Assembly (NCBI GenBank): GCA_050246315.1
Contig: JBFWWG010000003.1
Span: 96,001 to 160,000 of the forward strand
Length of the DNA stretch: 64,000 nucleotides
Reading direction: 5' to 3'
Origin: Nitrospiraceae bacterium
Lineage (GTDB): Bacteria; Nitrospirota; Nitrospiria; Nitrospirales; Nitrospiraceae
Below the pieces are notes generated by a model. It was not told where the DNA came from. It was given only the letters and a program-made list of their open reading frames with translations, and made no database searches. Every line of letters begins with the position of its first letter. Within the stretch, counting starts at the first letter, position 1. Of the stretch, positions 38,333-47,958 are shown piece after piece. A program made the translations under genes and the position numbers.

Positions 38333-39115
38333 TTACCGGGCGGCCAAACCGACCACATCGAGCGGAGCCGGCCCGCGCTTTTCCGCGCCCGCTACCAGCG
38401 CGGGAGTTTCCGCTTCCTCGCGTTGTGTGCGGAGGTGAGCGCCTTCGAGACAGGCATCCGCCATGTGGGTCGTAATCAACTTGATGGAACGGATGGCGTC
38501 GTCGTTGCCCGGAATCGGATAGGTGATGAGGTCCGGCTCGCAATTGGTATCGACGATCGCCACAATTGGGATCCCCAACCGGCTCGCCTCCAGCACGGCG
38601 ATGCGCTCGACCCGCGTGTCGAGCACGAACACGCACCCCGGCAGCGACCGCATATTCTTGATGCCGCTGAGATACTTCTCAAGCTTGACGCGATCCTTTT
38701 CCATCTGATTGAGTTCTTTCTTCGTAAGGCCTTGGCGCACCCCACCGTCCGCCAGCGTCGCTTCCATCTTCTTCAGCTTCTCGATGCTTCGTCGAATGGT
38801 TTGGAAGTTGGTGAGCATGCCGCCCAGCCAACGCTGGTTGACGAAAAACATGTTAGCCCGCTTGGCTTCCTCTTCCAGCACGTCGGCCGCCTGCCGTTTG
38901 GTCCCGATGAACAGGACGGAGTCCCCGTTGGCCACCGTATCGCGGATGAAGGCATAGGCCTGTTCCAGCCGTTCCAAGGATTGCTGCAAGTCGATGATGT
39001 AGATCCCGTTGCGCTCGCCAAAGATGAACCGCTTCATCTTCGGATTCCACCGGTTGGTCTGGTGTCCGAAATGCACACCGGCTTCCAGTAGATCCTTCAA
39101 TGTGACTTCTCCCAT
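38333..39115 (-). CDS. rpsB: 30S ribosomal protein S2
   Basis: [27 protein letters not shown]. Confidence 0.97.
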   Translation of the reverse strand: MGEVTLKDLLEAGVHFGHQTNRWNPKMKRFIFGERNGIYIIDLQQSLERLEQAYAFIRDTVANGDSVLFIGTKRQAADVLEEEAKRANMFFVNQRWLGGMLTNFQTIRRSIEKLKKMEATLADGGVRQGLTKKELNQMEKDRVKLEKYLSGIKNMRSLPGCVFVLDTRVERIAVLEASRLGIPIVAIVDTNCEPDLITYPIPGNDDAIRSIKLITTHMADACLEGAHLRTQREEAETPALVAGAEKRGPAPLDVVGLAAR

Positions 39116-39124
39116 ACCCTCACC

Positions 39125-39215
39125 TCCTTCCCCGCCTGCGGAACACCGATCTGGCCGACCGGCGAGGGATCCACGATCCCTTGCTCCCAAGCGAGCGGCG
39201 TGTCAGACGCCGATT
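39125..39215 (-). promoter_or_regulatory. Putative rpsB (S2) leader RNA
   Basis: Structured 5' UTR containing GACAC...GGUGU, motif type known from S2 autoregulatory leaders. Confidence 0.45.
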
Positions 39216-39353
39216 TCAATTTAATTGTGGATGCGACAGGCCTATTCCCCTCGCATCATCTCGATTTCCCGTCACAATTTGTCAGAACGCGAGAGCCTAG
39301 CATGGCGGCTCTGCCTTTTCAAGCCGATGGCGCAACGGATCGGCGCACGTCAC

Positions 39354-40559
39354 TTAGGATCGGTAACTGGCATTGATCCGAACATACTCATAGGACAAGT
39401 CGGTGGTCCACATCCGGCTCGATCCAGTCCCCAGTCCGACATCGACTTCGATGCGAATTTCCTTCCGCCGGAAGACCTTGGCCACTCGCCGCTCGGCTGC
39501 GTGACCGAGCCCCTTCCCGTGACGGCAAATCGGCACGCCGCTGAAGGAGAGGCTGATCCGTTCCGGCTTGAGCAGGGGGCCGGCCCGGCCGATGGCCGCC
39601 ATCACCCGTCCCCAGTTGGCATCCTCGCCAAACAGGGCGGTCTTGACCAGACAGGAGGTGGCGATGGTCTGAGCAATCCTGCGCGCATCAGGTCCATGTT
39701 TCGCCCCCGTGACCACGATTTCGACGAACTTCGTCAATCCTTCACCGTCCCGACAGACCTGGAGCGCGAGGTTCTCGCAGGCGGCTCGCAATAGGCCCTC
39801 GAAGGCCCTGAACGCCGGGGAGCCTGCTCGAATAGTTCGATTCCCTGCCATTCCGTTCGCCAGACACAACACGGTGTCGTTGGTGCTGGTATCGCCGTCC
39901 ACTGAGATGCAATTAAACGACTCATCCACGGCCCGCCTCAGGGCTCGCTGCAGGGCCGGCTGGACGATGGCCGCATCGGTCGAAAAGTACGCCAGCATCG
40001 TGGCCATATTTGGGTGAATCATGCCGGACCCCTTGGCCATTCCACCAATCGTGATCACGGCCCCTCCGATCCTTTGCCTGAACGCCACCTCCTTCATGCG
40101 GGTATCTGTTGTCATGATGGCTTTGGCTGCCTCCGCTCCGCCGCGGCGACGCAACCGCGTGACTAGGCGGGGAAACCCGGCGCGGATCCGCTCGATCGGC
40201 AGTGGTGCACCGATGACGCCGGTCGATCCAATGAAGATGTGGTGCGGAGGGATGTCGAACTGGTCCGCTGCCAGACGGACCATCTCTCGCGCTGCGCGCA
40301 TCCCTTGAGCACCGGTGCAGACGTTCGCACATCCGCTGTTGACGAGCAGAGCCCGGCCGATCTTGCCGGCCAAATGCGCCCGATCGACCGTCACCGGTGC
40401 GGCCACCACCTGATTGGTCGTAAACACTCCGGCGATGGGGCCGGATCGTTCAGACAGCACCAGCGCGAGGTCCAAATGCGGCGACTTCTTGATGCCGCAA
40501 TGAATGCCGGCGGCAACCCAGCCGACCGGCGCGGTGATTCCCCCACGACTCAGCTTCAT
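39354..40559 (-). CDS. argJ: Bifunctional ornithine acetyltransferase
   Basis: KGSGMIHPNMATML, DGDTSTNDT, YVRINASYRS. Confidence 0.96.
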   Translation of the reverse strand: MKLSRGGITAPVGWVAAGIHCGIKKSPHLDLALVLSERSGPIAGVFTTNQVVAAPVTVDRAHLAGKIGRALLVNSGCANVCTGAQGMRAAREMVRLAADQFDIPPHHIFIGSTGVIGAPLPIERIRAGFPRLVTRLRRRGGAEAAKAIMTTDTRMKEVAFRQRIGGAVITIGGMAKGSGMIHPNMATMLAYFSTDAAIVQPALQRALRRAVDESFNCISVDGDTSTNDTVLCLANGMAGNRTIRAGSPAFRAFEGLLRAACENLALQVCRDGEGLTKFVEIVVTGAKHGPDARRIAQTIATSCLVKTALFGEDANWGRVMAAIGRAGPLLKPERISLSFSGVPICRHGKGLGHAAERRVAKVFRRKEIRIEVDVGLGTGSSRMWTTDLSYEYVRINASYRS

Positions 40560-40613
40560 GGTGGTCCCTTGTGTGAAGATGAATGAACGGGGAGACAGAA
40601 CTGGAAAAACCCG

Positions 40614-41693
40614 TCACGGAAACAGGCCGGCGGACAAGAGTCCCGTCTCTTCGGGATACCCCAGCATGACGTTCAGCGCCTGGATCGCTTGGCCTGCAGC
40701 TCCCTTCACCAGATTGTCCAGCGCGGCGACCGTCACGACCGACCCGGTCCGGCGGTCGAGATGTACGGAAAGGTCGCAGAAGTTGGAGCCGCGGACATGC
40801 CGCGGATTGGCCGCCTTCTCCCCCTCTTGAAGCCGTACGAATCGCTCGCCCTTATAGAAGGCTGTATACAACTCCCTAAGTGTCGCCTGATCGATGTCGC
40901 GGGTGAGTCGTGCGTAACCCGTGCTGAGGATACCTCGATTCATCGGGACCAGATGAGGCGTAAAGGTCACGACGACCGGTTCGAATGAGACGGCTCCACG
41001 CTTGGCCAGCAACCCCAGTTCCTGTTCGATCTCTGGAATATGCCGGTGTTGGCCGATCTTGTAGGGCTCGAGCGATTCATGCGCCTCAGGGAAATGATAG
41101 GGCAGAGCCGGGCTCCGGCCGGCTCCGGATATCCCGGATTTTGCGTCGATGACGATGGATCGGAGATCGATCAACCCTTCCGCCACCAGCGGCGCGAATT
41201 GGAGAATGCAGGCCGTCGGATAGCAACCAGGTGACGCCACCAAGGCGGTGTGTTGAATCGCGGTCCGATGCAGTTCCGGCAAGCCGTAGACCGCCTGACG
41301 GAGCAAATCGGGATAGGGGTGCGCCGCTTGATACCAAACCGGATAACTCGCCGCCTCCTTCAGTCTGTAATCGGCGCTGAGGTCCACCACCCGTTTGCCG
41401 GCCTTGAGGCAGGTGGCCACGGCATCAAAGGATTTGGTGTGGGGGAGCGCCAGAAACATCACGTCGGCTCGATCGGGCAATGCCTCGGGGGCGAGCGCTT
41501 CAAAGGTCAGATCCACGATCCCGGTCAGGTGAGGGAAGACCGCTGACGCGCGCGAACCGGCCGATTTCTCGGAGGTTGCCACGGTCAGGTGAAGATACGG
41601 GTGCGCAGTGATCAGCCGCAGGAGTTCACCCCCCGCATAGCCGCTGGCTCCAGCCACTGCGACACGAATCTTCTGCGTCGTCGCTGAGGACAT
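40614..41693 (-). CDS. argC: N-acetyl-gamma-glutamyl-phosphate reductase
   Basis: GASGYAG, PGCYPT, DNLVKGAAGQA. Confidence 0.96.
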   Translation of the reverse strand: MSSATTQKIRVAVAGASGYAGGELLRLITAHPYLHLTVATSEKSAGSRASAVFPHLTGIVDLTFEALAPEALPDRADVMFLALPHTKSFDAVATCLKAGKRVVDLSADYRLKEAASYPVWYQAAHPYPDLLRQAVYGLPELHRTAIQHTALVASPGCYPTACILQFAPLVAEGLIDLRSIVIDAKSGISGAGRSPALPYHFPEAHESLEPYKIGQHRHIPEIEQELGLLAKRGAVSFEPVVVTFTPHLVPMNRGILSTGYARLTRDIDQATLRELYTAFYKGERFVRLQEGEKAANPRHVRGSNFCDLSVHLDRRTGSVVTVAALDNLVKGAAGQAIQALNVMLGYPEETGLLSAGLFP

Positions 41694-41726
41694 GCGCATC
41701 TCTCCCGGCGTCTCGGTCGCCGCACA

Positions 41727-41760
41727 CAAAAAAGGGAAGGCCGCTGGACCTTCCCCTTTC
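41727..41760 (-). terminator. Rho-independent terminator downstream of rplM-rpsI
   Basis: aaagggaagg / ccttcccttt stem followed by a T-run on the minus strand. Confidence 0.7.
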
Positions 41761-41786
41761 GTCACCGAATTTGGTTTGGTCCTTAG

Positions 41787-41948
41787 CAGGATGTTGAAAC
41801 AGTCCGCCAGAGTTGTTCTCGCATCACTCGGAGGCTCAACGTACCGAAAAGAGCAGGCGTCGTCTCCTCGCTCCCTGCGGCCGCGGAAAGGCGCGTCTCG
41901 ACGTGGCAGGGTTGGGCGGGTGAGATGAGAGCCTTCATGAACATCCTG
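41787..41948. repeat. CAGGATG-family MITE-like repeat
   Basis: caggatgttgaaacagtccgccag ... tgaacatcctg; shares an internal module with the 56080 copy (inverted). Confidence 0.8.
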
Positions 41949-41990
41949 GGGACCTTTCTGCTCCTACCTGTGACCTCTTGTAACAGGCCC

Positions 41991-42383
41991 TTAGCGCTTG
42001 GAGTACTGGAAGCGACGCCGCGCGCCCTTTTGTCCGTATTTCTTTCGTTCCTTGACGCGGGAATCCCTCGTGAGAAACCCTTCCTTCTTGACCGGCTCCC
42101 TGAGCCCGGTGTTCAAGGTCACAAGCGCCTTGGCAATGCCGTGTCGCAACGCTCCCGCCTGCCCGGCATGCCCGCCCCCCGCCACCGTGGCGCGGACCGA
42201 AAACTTACCGGCCGTGTTACTGACGACAAATGGCAACTGCACCAGGTTCCGGAGTATCTCGCGACCGAAGTACTGCTCAAGCGAGCGATTGTTGACGACG
42301 ATCTCGCCATTGCCGGGGGTGAGCCAGACCCGCGCGACGGCGGTTTTTCGTTTGCCAGTGGCGTATTGAACTGCGGCAGCCAT
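41991..42383 (-). CDS. rpsI: 30S ribosomal protein S9
   Basis: [28 protein letters not shown]. Confidence 0.98.
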   Translation of the reverse strand: MAAAVQYATGKRKTAVARVWLTPGNGEIVVNNRSLEQYFGREILRNLVQLPFVVSNTAGKFSVRATVAGGGHAGQAGALRHGIAKALVTLNTGLREPVKKEGFLTRDSRVKERKKYGQKGARRRFQYSKR

Positions 42384-42427
42384 TCGGATTCGTCCTCCTT
42401 GCGAGTAGGGGTGTATTCCGCGGTCGG

Positions 42428-42856
42428 TTAGAGCGACAACGGCTGAGGTTGTTGTGCCTGGTGCGGATGGGCCGCACCGACATAGACCCTGAGTTTTTTC
42501 GCCAGCTTTTTGCCCAGCGGCGTCTTCGGCAGCATGCCTTCGATCGCGGTGCGCAATAATCTGGTCGGATCCTTGGCGAACACCTGTTCGGCCGTCGCCG
42601 ATTTCAATCCGCCTGGGTATCCTGTGTGATAGGCATAGACCTTGGTCCGCATCTTGTCGCCGGTCAACTTGACTTTCTCGGCGTTGATCACGACCACATG
42701 ATCGCCCATGTCCACGTTCGGGGTGAACGTCGCCCGGTGCTTACCCCTGAGATGGGAGGCGACGCGGGCCGCGAGCCGTCCCAACGTCTTGCCCTCCGCG
42801 TCTACGAGGTGCCAGGTTTCCTGAATTTCCGTCGGCTTTGCCAAATACGTTCGCAT
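42428..42856 (-). CDS. rplM: 50S ribosomal protein L13
   Basis: [27 protein letters not shown]. Confidence 0.98.
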   Translation of the reverse strand: MRTYLAKPTEIQETWHLVDAEGKTLGRLAARVASHLRGKHRATFTPNVDMGDHVVVINAEKVKLTGDKMRTKVYAYHTGYPGGLKSATAEQVFAKDPTRLLRTAIEGMLPKTPLGKKLAKKLRVYVGAAHPHQAQQPQPLSL

Positions 42857-42933
42857 TGTCGGTCTTCTCCGGTTTCCTGTTTCTAAGCTCGCATCGATAT
42901 GCTGATACGCTCGTGAGGCACGAAGCAGTCCGG

Positions 42934-43434
42934 TCAGGCCTCGGCCGGATCCACCTTTTTCGACTGGAGCTTCTCCAGCCACACGTCGGCGTTCCCACCA
43001 CCCCGACGGCTCAGAACGTCCTGGGTGACATAAATGGGACATTTGACCCGTAAGGCCAAGGCAATCGCGTCGCTCGGACGGGCATCCAACGTTCGTGTCA
43101 CTCCCTTGGAGATCAGATAGAGCGTGGCGTAGTAGGTCGTGTTTTTCACATCAGTGATAGCCACCCGCTGCACCTGAATATTGAGATGATCGGCCAAACT
43201 CTTGATCAGATCATGCGTCATGGGGCGGGGAGTGACGATCGTTTCCTGCGCCAACCGGATGGCGTTGCCTTCCGCCAATCCGACCCACAACGGCAACACT
43301 TCGCCGCCCTGATCATCCCGAAGGATCACGATCTGCGTGTCGGTGTTCTCATCGCGCACGACCCCGTGCACCCTGAGTTCCACCCACTCACCCGCGTCTT
43401 GGCTCGAAGTTGACATGCTTAACTCGATGGTCAC
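42934..43434 (-). CDS. Bifunctional nuclease (DUF151) family protein, paralog 2
   Basis: LPLWVG..E..AI, PRPMTHDL, DARPSDAIALALR. Confidence 0.9.
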   Translation of the reverse strand: MTIELSMSTSSQDAGEWVELRVHGVVRDENTDTQIVILRDDQGGEVLPLWVGLAEGNAIRLAQETIVTPRPMTHDLIKSLADHLNIQVQRVAITDVKNTTYYATLYLISKGVTRTLDARPSDAIALALRVKCPIYVTQDVLSRRGGGNADVWLEKLQSKKVDPAEA

Positions 43435-43886
43435 GAATCCAATTTACCGAAGTCCTCGGGCTTGAGATTCTCCAGCCACTGTTCGAGGTCTTCGGACGTT
43501 TGTTTTTTCATCACCGTCTCGTTCGCGAACACCGGTGCGTCGGAGCGTAACGCGATGGCGATCGCATCGCTTGGACGCGAGTCGATGGAAAACTCAGAAT
43601 CCTGATAGAGGAGGTGGATCTTGGCATAGTAGGTATTCTCGGACAGATCCGTGATGACCACGCTGATGACCTTCGCATCGAACAGGTCCATGAACGATTT
43701 GAGGAGATCATGGGTCATCGGACGGGGAGCGACGATATTTTCCAATGCGAAACTGATGGCGCTTGCCTCGGCCTTCCCGACCCAGATCGGGAGCACGTCC
43801 CCATGCTCTTCGCCGCGCAGAATGATGATATAGGCGTTGTTGTAGGGGTCGAACATCAACCCCCGGACCTTCATCTGTGTGATCAT
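43431..43886 (-). CDS. Bifunctional nuclease (DUF151) family protein, paralog 1
   Basis: LPIWVG..EA.AI, PRPMTHDL, DSRPSDAIAIALR. Confidence 0.92.
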   Translation of the reverse strand: MITQMKVRGLMFDPYNNAYIIILRGEEHGDVLPIWVGKAEASAISFALENIVAPRPMTHDLLKSFMDLFDAKVISVVITDLSENTYYAKIHLLYQDSEFSIDSRPSDAIAIALRSDAPVFANETVMKKQTSEDLEQWLENLKPEDFGKLDS

Positions 43887-44217
43887 GTTGACACCTGCCG
43901 ATCGTCGGAACGAACCGCGAAGGGGCAGAACGCAGAACGATATCAAACGGTTGGCATTTCTGTCAATCAACCGCTGCGAGTGACGGCTTTCAAGGCAGGA
44001 TCGGTCCGCTGCCAACAACGACTTTCACGGGAAATCCCACACCGCGAGAAGCTAGATCCAGAAATTACACGAGATCGCACGCGCACCGTGATGACTCCTG
44101 CTGGATCGTACGCGCGTCACCGATTATGGCGTTTTATGGCGTTCACCACCGATGTGAGGAATCTGGAAGGGAAATCAGGTCCCTAACAATGAATAGGACC
44201 AAGAGCGTGGCCGGCCC

Positions 44218-44499
44218 TCACGACCCTGCGGGACGGTAGTTCTCGGCGAGTTTGGCCGTATCGGTGCTTTCTCCGAGTTTGAGAAACGCCTTCATATGCT
44301 TTTTCAGCAGATCGCGCCCGCTCTCGTCGCCGAGATTGATGTGGTATTCATTAATCACCATCACCCGCATCCCTTCCCATTTCTTCCAACAGGCGAGACA
44401 GACCTTCGCTTTGACTTCAGCCTCCAACCGTCCGAGAAAGATGGGGTCGGTGATTGAGTCACCGGCTTGCCCACAGCATTGACACTGCACCTGCGTCAT
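44218..44499 (-). CDS. Fe(II)-trafficking YggX-like protein
   Basis: V.C......P..G.L...V...VC..CW..W......INEY..NL......L...MK.FL. Confidence 0.78.
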   Translation of the reverse strand: MTQVQCQCCGQAGDSITDPIFLGRLEAEVKAKVCLACWKKWEGMRVMVINEYHINLGDESGRDLLKKHMKAFLKLGESTDTAKLAENYRPAGS

Positions 44500-44666
44500 A
44501 GTTTCCTCCGCATCAGGCCGACTGCTCCGTGGCGTTGACCTGCAATCCTGACATACTAGCATCGTTCAGATTGCAAAGTGAAGAGTGCCCGGGTTGACGC
44601 TCCGGGTCCATCGTGCTAGTAAGAACGCCTTCGCCTCGACCCGCTTCTCCGACCGCATGCAGGTTA

Positions 44667-44753
44667 GCCCGGATGGCGGAACTGGCAGACGCGCCGGACT
44701 CAAAATCCGGTTCTCGCAAGAGAGTGGGAGTTCGACCCTCCCTCCGGGCACCA
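44667..44753 (+). tRNA. tRNA-Leu(CAA)
   Basis: GCCCGGA/TCCGGGC acceptor stem, anticodon arm ccgga-ctCAAaa-tccgg, long variable arm, GTTCGA loop, encoded CCA. Confidence 0.97.
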
Positions 44754-44885
44754 ACTCACAGGTTATTCCGCGGTAAATTCGCAGTTGCCAGGCATGAACA
44801 CTCCCGGTCATCACCCTTTGCCTGAACCCCAGGCTTCGGACCATTGGACCCGGCGGACCTTGGGCCGGTGGGTCTGAATTCCCCC

Positions 44886-44914
44886 TTGACATGATGAGCC
44901 TCCTAGCCTATAGT
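44886..44914 (+). promoter_or_regulatory. Near-consensus sigma70 promoter
   Basis: TTGACA, 17 bp, TATAGT. Confidence 0.7.
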
Positions 44915-45027
44915 TCCGCCACATTCAAGGGTTGTACGCAATCGACTTCGATGTTTCTTTTCGGCACTTGTCGTTCATCTCAACTTCATCATCTTCACTC
45001 ACCTTCTAACTTACAAGGAGGCAGCAC

Positions 45028-45798
45028 ATGCGTAACGTGGTTGCACTAGGAGCGGCGGTTCTGCTCGTCGGCTCCTTCAGCGTTGCAAACGCCCAGGAGC
45101 GACTCCCTCAGGTCTCCACGGGACTCGGCGTGGGGAGCGGCGTCGGCGACGTTTCGGGGTCGGCGAACCGTGTCAACTCGTTTGATCGAAGCGCATTCTT
45201 GGACAGGCTGTCACAAGCCGAGACTGTTTTCGGTCGTGTGCTGGCCATCGATATTCCGGCTCGCAAGATGCACCTTGAAACGGGCGGTAGCTCCCACGAT
45301 GAGGGGCGAGCGGGAACAGGAGCCATGAGCTCACTGACCGTCTATTTCGATGACAAGACGAACGTGGACCAGATGAAAACCATAAACGCCGGCGATGACG
45401 TCGCGGTCCAAGTATTCGAGGAAACCACCCCAACTCATCCATTCGGAACAGGAAAGAAGCTAGTGCGTGACGTCACAGTGCTCCGCGGCAATGAGAAGCT
45501 TGCCGGGTTCGGCGGTCTCGGCCAGCGGCCCAACCCGACCACGGAGCGAGGCATCGTCACCAGCAGCGGCGGAGTTACCGGTGGTGCGGTCGGCGCCGTT
45601 CTTCCGGGCGAGGTCAAAGAGGGAGTTGTGACGACATCCGTCGGTGAGTTCACCGGCGCCGCTCCCTGCTGGAACTGCGAACCGCAGCCGGGGTGGGGAT
45701 ACAATACTGTTGCTCCGGAGACCAAGATTCAAAACAAGTCCGACTATGGCACGGACAACGCCAAACCGAACCTCATGAAAGGGTACTCCGGCAAGTAA
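45028..45798 (+). CDS. Exported protein of unknown function, Gly-rich with a C-terminal CxxC
   Basis: AAGGAGG RBS, signal peptide ending ANA-Q, PCWNCEP motif, own promoter and terminator. Confidence 0.85.
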   Translation: MRNVVALGAAVLLVGSFSVANAQERLPQVSTGLGVGSGVGDVSGSANRVNSFDRSAFLDRLSQAETVFGRVLAIDIPARKMHLETGGSSHDEGRAGTGAMSSLTVYFDDKTNVDQMKTINAGDDVAVQVFEETTPTHPFGTGKKLVRDVTVLRGNEKLAGFGGLGQRPNPTTERGIVTSSGGVTGGAVGAVLPGEVKEGVVTTSVGEFTGAAPCWNCEPQPGWGYNTVAPETKIQNKSDYGTDNAKPNLMKGYSGK

Positions 45799-45827
45799 GT
45801 CCGTTTCCCAGACCGACCAGGTCGAGG

Positions 45828-45864
45828 AAGGGCAGCCTCTGCGAGAGGCTGCCCTTTTTGTTTT
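45828..45864 (+). terminator. Rho-independent terminator
   Basis: aagggcagcctct / agaggctgccctt stem followed by a T-tract. Confidence 0.85.
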
Positions 45865-45961
45865 CCTACCCAGGAACCTGGCACAATAAGAATCGCGCAA
45901 CGACCCAGCGAGCTCTGGCGTTACAAGGTTGCCACCATTCTCGTGAAGAGGGACTTGGAAG

Positions 45962-46231
45962 ATGATATCGAACCGTATTCAACAACCCATTGCCGTCGAT
46001 AGCGAGATCGACCTACGCGGCGTCATCTGCCCCTATAATTTTGTGAAGACGAAGTTGAAACTTGAAACAATGGATCCCGGACAGATACTCAGCGTGCTGC
46101 TTGACGACGGGGACCCCATTAAGAATGTGCCGCAGAGCGTCCGAAACGAAGGGCATGTCGTGCTGGTTGAGGAACCGTTCGGTCCATCCTTCCGCCTCAT
46201 CATCCGGCGGCGCGACGGTTCGGCTGAATAA
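45962..46231 (+). CDS. TusA/SirA-like sulfur carrier
   Basis: IDLRG..CPYNFVKTKL.LE.M..G..L.V.LD. Confidence 0.88.
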   Translation: MISNRIQQPIAVDSEIDLRGVICPYNFVKTKLKLETMDPGQILSVLLDDGDPIKNVPQSVRNEGHVVLVEEPFGPSFRLIIRRRDGSAE

Positions 46232-46250
46232 CCCTTCGCTCCCGCTTGTC

Positions 46251-47066
46251 TCACGGCCGCTTTCGGGCCTTCGGAGTTCTGGCACGCGCCCGCCGCATCA
46301 TACCGGCGAAAATCACGGTGATCAGTGCAGCAGGCATTGCACCTGCCGCGGCTCCGAGAAACCGTCTGGTTGTCGTGATGAGAATTTCTTCGGCCGCCGT
46401 CGTCAGATTTCGAAGGATGATCATCCGCCGGTTTCCCTCCCAGCCATGGACTTCCTGCGCGAGACGAGGCAGGTCTTGAGGGGCAAGCAACACCACTTGC
46501 GTGTCAGCCAGTGCACGGGCTTGCCTGAAGAGCTTCCGGCGCACCGCCCGCGACGACGGAAGCCGCCCCATGAACAATACCCGCTCACCTTCGCAGCCCG
46601 CCACAGAGAGCGCTGCGGTCAGGATCGACGGACCGGGAACGGCCACGACCGGGATACGTGCCCTGTGCGCGGCTCGGACCACATAGGCACCGGGATCGAA
46701 GACGGCCGGTGTACCGGCATCCGTGACCAGGGCCACGTCCAGCCCCTGTGCGAGCTGCTGCAGGAGCACGGCCGTTTTCTCCCTACAGTTGCCGGCGAAA
46801 TACGTTGTTATCGGGACGGTAATGCGATAGCGAGCAAGGAGCCGCCGCGTGGCCTGAGGGTCTTCCGAGGCAATAAGTCCGACTCCCCGTAAGATCCGTC
46901 GCGCCCGGATGGTGAGATCACCGAGATGTCCAATCGGCACCGCGACCACAAAGAGCCGGCCAGCTCCGACCGGCATCGTGCCGATCGGCTTGATCCGTCC
47001 ACCGCGCACGGGCGGCATTTCCGAGTGGCTTTCCCCCCTGATGGCGATGACCTTCGGCACTTTCAT
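46251..47066 (-). CDS. RsmI-like tetrapyrrole-methylase-fold methyltransferase (divergent)
   Basis: PIG.L.D.T.RA...L, ED, DAGTP...DPG, PGPS; start uncertain. Confidence 0.75.
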   Translation of the reverse strand: MKVPKVIAIRGESHSEMPPVRGGRIKPIGTMPVGAGRLFVVAVPIGHLGDLTIRARRILRGVGLIASEDPQATRRLLARYRITVPITTYFAGNCREKTAVLLQQLAQGLDVALVTDAGTPAVFDPGAYVVRAAHRARIPVVAVPGPSILTAALSVAGCEGERVLFMGRLPSSRAVRRKLFRQARALADTQVVLLAPQDLPRLAQEVHGWEGNRRMIILRNLTTAAEEILITTTRRFLGAAAGAMPAALITVIFAGMMRRARARTPKARKRP

Positions 47067-47153
47067 TTCTTGACTGCTCTTTTCGCAGGTCAGTATAATT
47101 TTCGGATTCTCTCACATCCGTAATTTCTTTCGCAAAGTCGAGGAGATAGGTTG

Positions 47154-47957
47154 ATGCCGGTCTCGTTTGTGATGGCCACCATTTTGTTGTATTTGGCCGG
47201 AACCGTCTGCTTCCTCGTGTACCTCCTACGTCGCTCCGAGGCGCTCTCAATGGTTTCCCTGTGGCTCACGGCTGCAGGATTCGTCACCCACAGTATCGCC
47301 CTGCTCCTCAGAATATGGAGCGGGGCCGGAGCGCCTTTGGCCAGTTTTCAGGAAGCCCTATCGTTCTTCTCTTGGATGTTGGTGTTGGTTTTTTTGGCCG
47401 TAGAGTTCCGCCACCGCATTCACGTATTGGGCTCGTTCATCGTCCCCTTGGCGCTGGTGTCACTTGTTTCCGCCACCGCCTTGCCAGACCGGGTCCCCAC
47501 GATCGGCTCGTCGCTTCGGACGGTCTGGCTTCATGTGACGCTCAGCATGTTGGGCACCGTGGGCTTTGCCGTCGCGTTCGTGGCCGGCTTGATGTATGTC
47601 ATTCAGGACGGGCTGCTCAAGTCCAAGCGGTTCAATGTCCTGTACAGCAAACTGCCGCCGCTGGATTTCCTCGATAATCTCAATCAACGGTCGATCATCC
47701 TGGGATTTCCGTTGCTCACCCTGGGCATCATCACCGGGGCGATTTCAGGCGAGTTCTCGAAGGGCTCCTATCTGAACTGGAATCCGGAGCAAGTCTGGGC
47801 CCTCGTGACCTGGATGTTCTATCTTGTCGTCCTGCTCGGCCGTTTGACGGTGGGATGGCGGGCCAAGCGCGCCGCGTACCTGACGATTATCGGATTCGCC
47901 GGTGTGGTGCTGACACTGATTGGCGTGGTGCTCAAGAACTACGGGACCTATTCCTGA
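47154..47957 (+). CDS. ccsA: Cytochrome c assembly protein CcsA/HemX-like
   Basis: Multiple TM helices, WLHV, LP.L..LD, GFPLLTLG..TG, W.W..Y; precedes hemA. Confidence 0.85.
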   Translation: MPVSFVMATILLYLAGTVCFLVYLLRRSEALSMVSLWLTAAGFVTHSIALLLRIWSGAGAPLASFQEALSFFSWMLVLVFLAVEFRHRIHVLGSFIVPLALVSLVSATALPDRVPTIGSSLRTVWLHVTLSMLGTVGFAVAFVAGLMYVIQDGLLKSKRFNVLYSKLPPLDFLDNLNQRSIILGFPLLTLGIITGAISGEFSKGSYLNWNPEQVWALVTWMFYLVVLLGRLTVGWRAKRAAYLTIIGFAGVVLTLIGVVLKNYGTYS

Positions 47958-47958
47958 T

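Noticed and set aside
44667..44753. tRNA-Leu as the integration site of an island or source of the 40-bp repeats
   Set aside because: No integrase and no duplicated 3' end seen nearby; its end (CCGGGCACCA) differs from the repeat core (GGGGGCACGCCA)
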